NCBI GenBank assembly: GCA_002269645.1
Contig: NIVC01000076.1
Span: forward strand, 62,001 to 126,000
DNA from: Macrostomum lignano
Lineage: Eukaryota
Direction: 5' to 3'
DNA: 64,000 nt
This document shows positions 13,143 to 25,131 of this stretch, in pieces. Made by a program: the position numbers and the translations under genes. Below the pieces are notes generated by a model. It did no database searches, had not been told where the DNA came from, and saw only the letters and a program-made list of their open reading frames with translations. Position 1 is the stretch's first letter. The number at the start of each line of letters is the position of its first letter.

Positions 13143-15659
13143 GTCATATACAAAATGAAAATTGAGTCGCAATTGAAAGTAACTAAGTCGCAATCGGGAG
13201 GAACTAAGTTGCAAATCTGGACAAAACTAAGTCACACTGGACAGGTGAAATTTTGATGTTAGGCATGTATGATCACACTCTGGATCATGTAGTATATGCC
13301 TGAAAATTTGGGCAATGGGCATGCATTGGCTTTGCATGCCAAAAGTAGGCATGTACAATAGAGTCTAACTGAGATTAGATTTTTGTTTTCAAGGCAAGAT
13401 TGAGTAAGAATTTTATAAAAAATTCAAGATTGAGAATAAGTTAAACAAGAATTGGAGATCCAGCTGCAATTGTATATTTGTACAGAATGAATAGTATCTA
13501 CAATAAGATATATATACAATTTAGCCTATATTATAAATAAGTAGATAATAAAACAAAAGAAATAGCTCAAATGTACCATCACAATAATATATATATATAT
13601 GCAGCAATATACAAAAGTAAGCCATTAACTCTGGCTATGCCACTGTATACCACTGTAAGATACATAAATAGGTTGAAGGTTGGTAATGGCCTACCAGGTA
13701 AGCCATAGTCAGGATCATGGCATGCCTATGCTAGAACAAATCTTATCAAAATAGTTTGATTGTACCATGTGCTAGAACTTTTTTGAAAAAAACAAACACA
13801 AAAATTTGTATTTTCCCTTTAAAAAAATACTAGTAAAACTTTTATTTGAATCTGTTGTATAGAAAAACAACATTAATGTATTTTAATTTAAAATGCCATC
13901 AATATACTGGCAAACAAAAAAGTGCTAATTATGCATTAGACAAAGCATCATTTGTTTTTTTATTTGGCACTTCACAATATTTTTATACTTTCTGTATTGA
14001 ATTCAATCTTGTTTGACTATTCTTGAATTCCAAGCCCATTTTTGAAATTTCAAGAATTTCTCAAAATGATCAAAAAAAGACCCAAGTCTCAAAATTTTGA
14101 GATTGAGATCAAGGTTTTGGTCAAACTCTAGTGCATACTAGCAATCAGCGCCACCAATTAGGGAGCCAAAAAATGCAGTATAAGTTTTTTTTAATAAACT
14201 ACATGTAGCAATCTCTTTGCAATATCCCTCAGAAGTCCCTTATAAGACTTGACATGTCACCAATTCCCCCCCCACAAGCCTTAACATATCAACTTCCAAT
14301 GCCCCCTATAAGCCTTGAAATCTTAAAAAATCTGTCAACCTTCTAACCTTAACCCTAACCCTAAAGCATTGACAATTCAATAATTCTCCCCAAGAGTTAT
14401 TATAGCATTACAGCATTATAGCGATTCCCTGTAAGCCTTGACATTGTAGGGATTCCCAAATGAATCTCTTAACTTCAACATGACACTTCTTTTATTTTTT
14501 ACATTACGCTTCTTCTATCAGCGACCCCCCATGAGGAGCCAACAAACAATGTAATAAAAAGTTTTGAATAAACAACATGTAGCTTCTGACTTTAGCCTTA
14601 ACATCTCAGTTATTCCCCCATGAGCCTTGACATCTCAGCTATTCCCCCGTAAGCTTTGACATCAATAGTAATTCTCCCTAAGAGTCATAGCATGCAGTTT
14701 TATGTGATGTTTTTAACATGACATTTCTTTTATGTCTGATATAATGCTTCTTTTGTCAAGGCTTTATTCTGCTTTTGAATAAACTACATGTTTAAACTAT
14801 AGCTTCTCTTTGCAAAAACCTTAGCAATCCCTTATGAGTCTTGACATCTCAGCTATTCCCCTTGCAAGTCTTGACATTTTAGCTATTCCCCTTGCAAGTC
14901 CTGACACATATATATATATATTCTAGACATTATAGACATGACATTTTTAGTATATAGGATTTAGTGTATATCACTCCTAAAAAATAATGTGCATATACAC
15001 CTGACCCATACTCCAGGTCATGTAATATATACCTGAAAATTTAGGCATGCATTAGCCTTGTATGCCAAAAGTAGATGTGCATAGTTGGCATACATCACTC
15101 CTAAGAAAATACACCTGGCATGCACTTTATAGAATCATGCAGAAGAGTTATTGTGAAGTAGAAAAAAAGTGAAAAAAGTTTCTTATTATACATAAATTTC
15201 TGGCTTTCCGGGTTTTTAAGATTGTAATAAGGTATTTAAACAAATCTTTACATGTATCAATTTTCTACTGTAAAAAGTATAGCCAAAAAAGCAGAAAAAT
15301 GAACCAAATTATCTGTTAAAAAGGGTATATTACACAATAAAAAGCAAAAGAGGTTATTTTATTGTCACAATGTAAAAAAGGTCATTTATTGTTGCAACAC
15401 TATCAAAGTTTTAAGAATAAGCATGTGCTAAATTTTTTGGCATGCATTTATAACTACCAATTTTTGTTTGGGCATGCATCCAGTATGATCCAGACAATGG
15501 CACCTGGCATGCATTGTATAGAATCATATAGAAAAGTCAGTGTTAAGTAGAGAAAGGATGAAAAAAAGTTCATTTTTAAGCATAAATTTCAAGCCTTCCA
15601 GTTTTTTGAAGCTTGGGGAGGGGAGTGGGGATAATCTGAGGGCCCCATTCCTCTCCTCG

Positions 15660-16210
15660 AGATTAGCACTACCTCAGCCCAGATTAGCCCAATTGGCTCC
15701 AGATTAGCACTAACTCCCCACAGATTAGCACTATTGCCCCCAAGATTAGCACTTAGTGCTAATTTGGGCTAAGTTGTGCTAATATGGAACAAATTGGGCT
15801 AATCTGGGGGAGTAGTGCTAATCTCTGGGAGTAGTGCTAATCTGGAGGGGGTGGGGCTAATCTGGGCAGAGTGCTAATTTTGGGGTAAGTGGTGCTAATC
15901 TTGGAGTGAGACTTGCTAATCTGGGTGGAGTGCTAATCTGGAGCAAAGTGTGGCTAATCTGGGGTGAGGTAGTGCTAATCTGGGGGAGCGAAATGGGGCT
16001 AATCTGGGCTGAGTCCTAATCTAGAAGGGAGTGGTGTTATTTTGAGGGAGTAGCGCTAATCTGGGATAGTAGTGCTAATTTGATAATGTTAATTTGGAGA
16101 AGTGGTGCTAACCTGGGGGAGGAAAGTCTAATCTGAGGGAGTAGTGCTAATCAGGAGGGGAACTTGGGGAAGTAGTGCTAATCTGGCGGAGTAGTGCTAA
16201 TCTGGGGACA
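15660..16210. repeat. Head-to-head array of GATTAGCAC / GTGCTAATC ~19-20-bp units
   Basis: CAGATTAGCACT units at 15660-15750 switch to AGTGCTAATCTG units at GATTAGCAC-TTA-GTGCTAAT (~15751). Confidence 0.85.
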
Positions 16211-16486
16211 GTAGAGCAAAATCTGATGGTAGTCCTTGTGTCAGTTTTTTTGCACAATTATTGCAAAATTTAATATTTTTGATTATTTTTGATTATAATA
16301 TTTAATATTTTTGAATGTAATTTTTGATTAATGGAAATCAACATTTTGGATAATTATAGTAAGGTTGCTGTTATGCCAAAATAAAAACCAATTGGTGTCA
16401 TTTTCAAGGCTCCCCAGAGGGGGGGGGGCTAAATAGCTAGTCATTTCCTTCCTTTATTTTCCAATATACTAAAATCCAATATACTA

Positions 16487-17300
16487 AAAATGAAAATCTT
16501 GTATGTTTGTACACAATCGATTATCTCCAGAATGGCTTAACCAATTTTCATGAGACTTGCACTGTTCAATCAGAAATTTTCCTGTGACGGTACATGTGTC
16601 TTGGCTAAGAAATTGCTCGATGCTAAAGGCATTAAATATTCGAAAAACATGCTTTTTTGCAAAGGTCAAGCAAACTTTTTGACTTGAAATGCATTGTAAG
16701 TTTTTTATATAATAAAAATGAAAATCTTGTGTTTGTACACAATCGATTATCTCCAGAATGGCTTAACCAATTTTCATGAGACTTGCACTGTTCGATTAGA
16801 AATTTTCCTGTGACGGTACATGTGCCTTGGCTAAGAAATTGCTCGATGCTAAAGGCATTAAATATTTGAAAAACATGCTTTTTTGCAAAGGTCAAGCAAA
16901 CTTTTTGACTTGAAATGCATTGTAAGAATGCTAGAAAAAAAAAACTGACTAGTTGAATTCTGATTCTGAAATAGATTGCATCATAACTGAATTGTAACTC
17001 TGACTTGAATTGCATCACAGTATTGAAAATGCAGTGTGGAAGCGTAGCACCAGACTTGATTTAGATTGCGTAACCATATTGTTAACTGATACTGACTGAC
17101 TGAGAAATTGATTATGTCATAACTGCCTCATGTGATTTACTCTATGCTTGGAGTTTTGAAACTTATAATTATAAGTGCTAAAATTCATGTTTGGATTTTA
17201 GCTGAGAGCTAGCCTTGAGGTAAACAGACTGAACTGCTAAATGCAGGGACAAAGGTTTGAATTTTTAGAGAGTAAAGTTTTTTTAATTAAAGCTTTTGAA
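16487..17300. repeat. Dispersed repeat with ~228-bp tandem duplication; diverged copy at ~23715-24245
   Basis: AAAATGAAAATCTTGT starts at both 16487 and 16715. TTAACCAATTTTC...GCAAAGGT...TGAAATGCATTGTAA...AATAGATTGCAT recurs at 23.7-24.2 kb. Confidence 0.8.
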
Positions 17301-17321
17301 CGCCAAGAAAACTAAAAATCA

Positions 17322-18755
17322 TGGAAGCGTCATGTAAAAAATCATAGAAGCGTTATGTAAACAATCATAGAAGTGTCATGTAAAAATCATAGAAGCGTCA
17401 TGAAAAAATCATAGAAGCGTCATATAAACAATCATTGAAGTGTCATATAAACAAGCATAGAAGCATCATGTAAAAGATCATAGAAGCATCATGTAAACAA
17501 TCATAGAAGTGTCATGTAACAATCATAGAAGCGTCATATAAACAATCATAGAAGCGTCATGTAAAAAATCATAGAAGCCTCATGTAAACAATCATAGAAG
17601 CGTCATGTAAAAAATCATAGAAGCGTCATGAAAACAATCATAGAAGCGTCATGTAAAAATCATAGAAGCGTCATGTAAAAAATCATAGAAGCATTATGTA
17701 AAAAGCATAGAAGGGTCATATAAACAATCATAGAAGCATCATATAAACAATCATAGAAGTGTCATATAAACAATCATAATTGCATCATGTAAAAAATCAT
17801 AGAAGCGTCATGTAAACAATCATAGAAGCATCATGTAACAATCATAGAAGCGTCATATAAACAATCATAGAAGCGTCATGTAAAAAATCATAGAAGCGTC
17901 ATGTAAAAAAATCATAGAAGCGTCATGTAAAAAGCATAGAAGCGTCATATAAACAATCATAGAAGCGTCATATAAACAATCATAGAAGTGTCATGTAAAA
18001 AATCATAGAAGTGTCATGTAAAAATCATAGAAGTGTCTTGTAAACATTCATAGAAGGGTCATATAAACAATCATAGAAGCATCATTTAAACAATCATAGA
18101 AGTGTCATATAAACAATCATAATTGCATCATGTAAAAAATCATAGAAGCGTCATGTAAACAATCATAGAAGCATCATGTAACAATCATAGAAGAGTCATA
18201 TAAACAATCATAGAAGCGTCATGTAAAAAATCATAGAAGCATCATGTAAAAAAATCATAGAAGCGTCATGTAAAAAGCATAGAAGCGTCATATAAACAAT
18301 CATAGAAGCGTCATATAAACAATCATAGAAGTGTCATGTAAAAAATCATAGAAGTGTCATGTAAAAATCATAGAAGTGTCTTGTAAACATTCATAGAAGC
18401 ATCATGTAAAAAGCATAGAAGCATCATGAAAACAATCATAGAAGCGTCATGTAAAAAATCATAGAAGCATCATGTAAAAATCATAGAAGCGTCATGTAAA
18501 CAATCATAGAAGCGTCATGTAAAAATCATAGAAGCATCCTGCAGAAATCATAGAAGCGTCATGTAAAACATCATAGAAGCGTCATGAAAAAATCATAGAA
18601 GCGTGATGTAAACAATCATTGAAGTGTCATCTAAAAAGTCATAGAAGTGTCATAAAAAAATCATAGAAGCCTCATTTAAAAACTAATGAAAGTGTCATTT
18701 AAAAATTAAAAAGCGTCATGTCAGACATGAAGGGTGTCATGTAAAAATTAAATGC
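17322..18755. repeat. ~23-bp satellite, ~60 copies
   Basis: AATCATAGAAGCGTCATGTAAAA and variants. Confidence 0.97.
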
Positions 18756-21418
18756 AGCTATAATGTTGTGCTAGGGAGAAAAACTGAGACGTAAAGGCTT
18801 TCAGAGAATAACTAAGATTACGGGGGGGTTTCTAAGATGTCAAAGCAAAAGTCAGAAGCTACTTCAAAGTTCATGTACTTTACTCAATTTTTATTGCATT
18901 CTTTGTTGCCTCGCCACAGGGGGGGAGGGCGCTGATAGAAGAAGAGTCATGTAAAAAAAGTAGCACTATATAAGGCCTATACATAATAGAAAAGTCATGT
19001 CAAAGTTAAAAGATTCATTTGGGAATTGCTACGATGTCAAAGCTTGGTGGAAATCGTTATAATGCTGTGATTCTTGAAGAAGGAATCACTAAAATGTCAA
19101 GGCTTAGGGGAGAATAATTGCTGAGATTTCAAGGCTTTAGGTTGGGTTAAAGTTAGGTTTAGGTCAAGTATGGGTTGAGGGTTATATTTTATCAGGTTTC
19201 AAGGTTAATAGAGGATTTTTAAGATTTCAAGGTTTATGAGGGCCATCACTGACATGTCAAGGCTTATAGGGGGAATAGCTAAGATGTCAAGGCTAAATTT
19301 AGAAGCTATATATAGTTTATTGAAAACTTTTTATTACATTATTTGATGCCTCCTTAGGAGAGGGATTGCTGATAAAAAAGCGTAATGTAAAAAATAAAAG
19401 AAGCTTCATGTCAATGTTAAGAGATTCATTTGGGAATCCCTACAATGTCGAGGCTTATAGAGAATCGCTATAATGCTATAGTAGTACTATAATGACTCTT
19501 AGAGAGAATTACTAAAATTTCAATGCTATACAATTATACAGTTAGGGTTAGGCTAGGGTTAGAAGGTTGACAGGTATTTTTAGATTTCCAAGGCTTATTG
19601 GGGGCATTGCTAAGATGTGAAGGGGGAAATTGATATGTTAAAGCTTGTGGGGGGAATTACTGACATGTCAAGGCTTGACATGGTTTGACAGGAAATTTTT
19701 TAAGATTTCAAGGATACATGTAGCTTATTAAAAAAACGTGTATTGCATTTCTTTGGCTCCCTAACGGGGGCATAGATTGCTAGTAGTATTACTATTAGGC
19801 CCTAGCAGTGAAAATTATAATAGGGCTTAAAGAGACAGGAGAGCTGCCCCATTACAATATCAAGTATAAAGTGCTACATTGCAAAAAGAGTAAATAAACT
19901 CAATAGAAATAAAAACTTTTTGCTTTTGATTAAAAGTAATCATACATAGTACCTAGTCCAACTCCTAAGGGCCAAAAAGCATTGCGAATTAGAAATTAGT
20001 AGGCCTAGGGGCCTATCTAGTCCTAAGGGCCAAAAAGCATTACATAATTTTTCATAACTTTAAAATGAAAGACCAAAAAGAAGCTTAAGTCTCATTAAAG
20101 TCCATGATATTATTGTATTTTGAGATCAGTATATTCCTATTCACTCATTACTTATTTAAGATTAGGAGTCTTTTTAGGAGTTAGGACTAGGTAGGTAACA
20201 AATAAGAAGTGGTGTAAAATACTTTATCGAAATGGGGATTATCACAGAGAAGAAATGTCGCAATTGTACTAATATGGTTTAACAAGTTTTATAATTTTTA
20301 GATAAACACAGACTGTCAGTTATTTAGGAATGTTTTAAAACTTCATAGTTGCCATAAATTTTAGTGATCTGTAAGATTTCGTAGAACGATGATGATATTT
20401 TAAATTTGCGCAACTTAACAAAAAACTGCCGTAAATTTAATAACAAGATTTTTAAATAGAAAAACGTTTTTAATACAACTTTTTTCTAATGTTTACTAGT
20501 AATCATTTTAAAAAATTGTCAGGAATTGTAAAAGTTGTAGGTTTGGCACAGTTTTGTAAGATTAATTTCAAGAATCAAATTGATTCTAGACTTTGATTCG
20601 CGCAATCGCTCGGTTGTTGATTTCGCAATGTGGTTCAACAGAAAGTTGCAGTCCTCGTTTATATTCCTCGTCCTCGTTAAGTTTTAGGCCTATTCCTAAT
20701 ATTTAAAGCATGATATTTAATAATAATAGTAGTTTATAGCTTATTATTGATAATTTGAAACAAAAAAGCACACTTTTTTCACAGAATTAGTCAACAATCA
20801 ATTGGGATTGGATTTTAACAAGTAGATGGAGGATGGACATGGAAATGTTATAATACAATACTATTAGTCTATTAAATATTTAAATAGGCCCAAGAAAGAT
20901 GTATCATGTATGCATTGATGGCTTGATACATTATTCATTATTCCTAGCATCACTTAGCATCATTGACTTTTAGGCTAGGCCTAGTCTTTATCTTTATTAA
21001 GAGTGAGTTATTACATATTAGGCAGGGGCAATGATTTGCAGAAAAAGAGCATTGCAAGCAAGTGTTGGCAGGAAAAAAAAGTGGCATTCTTCTCAAATTG
21101 TTTGTTATTTAAACTATTGTTTTCAATGTTTTTTGCTTTTTCCATCTAAAAAGTTGATTTTAACATGTTTTTGTTTAGGCATTCCCCAAGCTATTAAAAC
21201 AATAAAATTAACAACTTTGTTTTTTGCACTTTTTTCATTTCTAGCAATTCCCAATGATTCCTAGCAATTCCTAGGCCTAACAATTCAGAGCAATTTCTTG
21301 TGATTCCTAACAATTCCTTTATTTATTTAAAATAATTCCTAGGCCCTAACAATTCAAAGTTTCAAAGTTTTTTATTTTAGTTCCAGATTAGTGCTGAAAT
21401 CCAGGACCAGGGTCAGGA

Positions 21419-21905
21419 CCATAGTGTGGATCATGCTAAGTGCACGCGAGAAACGACCCAAAGCTAATTCCCAAAAGCACGCCGACGACAAGCGAATGCA
21501 CGCCGATAAATTAAAATTCAAATTGAAGACAAAAAACGTATTTTAAATTGCATTGTGTAAAACAAAGCAACAAACGATGTACAAAAGAAATGATATATCT
21601 TTAAAAACGTGTATTTCTCATACATTAATGTATTTAAATAAACACTGTTTATTTACAATAGTTTTTTTCAAAAGTTAAATACAATAATACGTATTTTATG
21701 TCTGCTTACCATTGCATTGGCAGCTTTGCCACATCAGGTGGCAGGCACGCGGCACGCGGCGCATGCCAGGCACACCAGTGTATTTATGTAGTGTGCATTA
21801 TGCATGCCAAATGCATGCCACTTACCTAATCGCACGCCGGTGCACGCCACTTTTGAAAATGCACGCGGGAAAATTCTCGCGTGCACTACATGATCTACAC
21901 TATGG
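21419..21905. mobile_element. MITE, 487 bp, ~30-bp imperfect TIRs, 8-bp TSD
   Basis: CCATAGTGTGGATCATG..GTGCACGCGAGA / TCTCGCGTGCAC..CATGATCTACACTATGG. GGTCAGGA at both 21411-21418 and 21906-21913. Internal GCACGC motifs. Confidence 0.8.
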
Positions 21906-24289
21906 GGTCAGGATTGTGTACCGCTGTACGCCGGAACAAAAATTGCTTCCGTAGCTCATGCGCACTAATATATACCAACAAACTTTTTATCACATTCAAA
22001 AATATACAAAAATTACAAATCTGCAACTAATATTAAAATTAAAAGCTTGCAAAACTTTAATATTTTTAAAACTTATGTGCTAAAACTGAAAATCTTATAC
22101 TAAGCAATAGAGAACTAGGGGCCTAGTTTATTTCAACTATTTTTGTTTTACTTTTACTTTCCTAGAAAAGTTTAACCTGGTTTTTTTAATTTAGTTTTCC
22201 ATTTTTTTCGTAGAGGCCACGCGCCAGCTATTCTTTCTGACCAAAATTTAGCTACTATAACTATGTACATTGAGACTATGCCAAATGCAAACTTAATCAT
22301 TTTTGTATGCTAATTATATACATGTAGATTGATTGTTGGGACTTGGAACTTTTGGTCCCACCTACTAGTCTCGGCAATTGCAATATGCCAAGAGGGCATG
22401 CCAGGCCCCTTTGTATGCCAAGTTGTACGCCAATGGTATAATCTAATGTATACCATCTGGAGTCTGGATCCAGGAATTGTGTTGTCTAATATGACAATAA
22501 TGCTTGGAAGTGTCTATGGCCCAAAGGGATAAGTTGGTTAAAGGGAAGGGAAGTATAAGCATTTAGACTTATGTTCTTACTACTAAGTTTTTGGTATAGG
22601 TCTATCAATACTATGCTAGGCCTAGGAGGCTGCCTGGCTGGCAACACTAAATCCAAACTTGCTATACAACACTTTCAAGCTAACTAAAAAATATGCTGAT
22701 ATCAAGAAGAATGTCAAAAAAGCTTGTTTGGCAATTTTCTTGCAGAAAATTTACTCATGGGGTAAATACTTATACACTTTAGAAAAATCTTAGTAAAGGC
22801 CTAGGTAAAGCTAAGTAGGAAAATCTTGGCAAATAAATCTTGGACTTGGTAAGCTTTTTAACATGTCCTAAGGCAAAAAAGTCATCCTATATTGACTAAA
22901 AATACAAAAAAATTGATGACTATTGTCTAAGTTATATGCCAAATGGAATTACCTAATTGACAATTGACATAGTGACCACATTTAAATTTAAAGGTCCACT
23001 GATTAGCTAGTTGACAAATTGACCTGAGGGTAATAACAATTTGATTAGGATCCTAGAATGCTTTATTTTGTCTAAAGAAAGGAAAACACTTGTAAGGCCT
23101 TTTTTGATAAATTATAGAAGTCTAAATATAAAACAAACCTATATTATAATGTTTATCTATAGTCTAGCTAATCTAGCTAGGATAGATATATCAAAATGTT
23201 AGCTATAAACCATATATTGTATTACTCGTAGAATAGCTAGATTAGCCACTAAGGTATATATACTTAGCAAAATAGCTTTCTACTTTTAGTAGCAATAAAG
23301 AATACATAAGCCTAAGCTATTATATAAGAATAAAGATAGCTAAAATGAATTTGATAAGTTTAGAAGCTAATCTTACAAATATAAATGGCTTGATAATTTG
23401 TTTAGCCATAATATAATATTAGCCATTGTACAAAGCAGATTTAAGGTTGAAAAACTGAAGGTAGGCCTAATAAAATTAGGTAATAGCATAGGAATAAAGC
23501 TTCTATGTAATGTAGAATTAGAGGGTTTAAGCTTTGAGATTCAAACCAATACTTGTAAATAAGCCTTGTCTTTATAAATATACTAAAATAATTCAGTTTA
23601 ACTTACTATTGAACTGAAAGTTGTTTGAATGCAAATGTGCTAAGTGGCCTATCTAGTTATTCTAGTATATCCATATACTAAAAATGCTTTGTATATGTAT
23701 GTAATAAATTTTAGGAAAAAATAGTTTAACCAATTTTCTTCAAAGTTGCACCATTCAATTAGAAATTTGCATTGTAGGTAAGAAATTGCTAAATGCTATA
23801 GGGATTAAATATAACAAACATGATTTGTGCAAAGGTAAAACAGCTCTTCTGACATGAAATGCATTGTAAAAATGCTAGAAAAAAACTGACTGATTGAATT
23901 CTAATTTTAAAATAGATTGCATTGCACTAAGCTTTTTACTGGCCAAATTTTGACATGTCATAGTTTGAAAATGCAGTATGGAAGCATAGCACATGACTTG
24001 ATTTATATTGCATAACTATATTATTAACTTTAATAGACTAGTATTGACTTGACTAAGAAATTGATTGTCATAACTGCTTTGTGTGACTTAATTCTGACTT
24101 AGTATGAGTATTAAATAAGTGCTAAAAATTCATTTTATAAAATCAACCAAAGCTACCTGGATATAAACAGACTACACTGCCAATGCAAAAACCTAGGTTC
24201 AAATCTTTGTAATTAATTTTTTTATCCAAAGCTTTTACTAAAATATTCATTAAATAATTATTAAATAGCAAAAAGGATTTTTTTGAACT

Positions 24290-24660
24290 AGCTGAGATAT
24301 GGAATATTGCACTAGCTAAGAAAAGGACTATTGCACTAGCTTAGAAAATAATTATTGCACTAGTTAAGACAGATTATTGCACTGGTTGAAAAGGATAGCC
24401 ACCCTTGCCAAGCTTTTAGCCAAGCTTAATATTGCAGTGGCTGATACATAGATTATTGCACTAGCTTAGAAAGGGATTATTGCATTACCTGAGAAAGCTA
24501 TTATTGCATTAGCTGAGGAAATTGTTGCATTAGCTACTTGCTTTCTGGTGGATGCTTGCTATCTGAAGGGGGGGTGTTTGATATCTCAGGGATGCTTGCT
24601 ATCCGGGGGGGGGGGGGGTGCTTGCTATCTGTGGGATGCTTGCTATCTGAGATATTGTAA
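24290..24660. repeat. Degenerate short tandem repeats (ATTATTGCACTAGCT, then TGCTTGCTATCT)
   Basis: Direct inspection. Confidence 0.65.
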
Positions 24661-25131
24661 CTATCAGTCAGATTTCTGACTGATATATTGTTTTATAACC
24701 TAGGCTTGCATTTTTGGTGGCATGCATAAATGTTGAATAAAAGCATTTTTTAATTGTTTTAATATTCCAACATACATGTATATTGTTATAATAATGGCAT
24801 ACATAAGTTTATAAAATAAGTATATGCTATCAGTTTCTCAAATAGTAAGCTGCTTGTTGACTTTAAGCTTGAAAGTTAAAGACTTGAAACTTTGTTTCAA
24901 GCTAATGGACATCATTTTGAGGATTTATCATGAGTCTGTCTCTCCTTTGTTTGATGTACTGTTAACAAAAGTGTTATTTTTTTAGTTTATACTTGGGTTT
25001 GGCTACCCTGTTTCGGTCCTCAGAGACTGTAAAATGGGGCCAGATACTCTGCTAGCATTAAAAATTTACCAGCATATGACAAATAGTTTTAACCCAGTTT
25101 CAAATCGCTCACAAAACAATGGACTTATTGC

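Larger units (their letters stand above)
14136..19785. mobile_element. Foldback-like element: long modular inverted arms (~14136-14900 and ~18790-19785) enclosing tandem arrays
   Basis: 14440-14473 GACATTGTAGGGATTCCCAAATGAATCTCTTAAC is the exact reverse complement of 19416-19449. Outer ends TACTAGCAATC / GATTGCTAGTA. Arms are built of repeated ...GACATGTCAAGGCTT-type subunits. No transposase ORF. Confidence 0.6.

Noticed and set aside
16484-17018. Duplicated ORFs (TFAKKHVF...)
   Set aside because: Arise from the 228-bp duplication of an AT-rich non-coding dispersed repeat.
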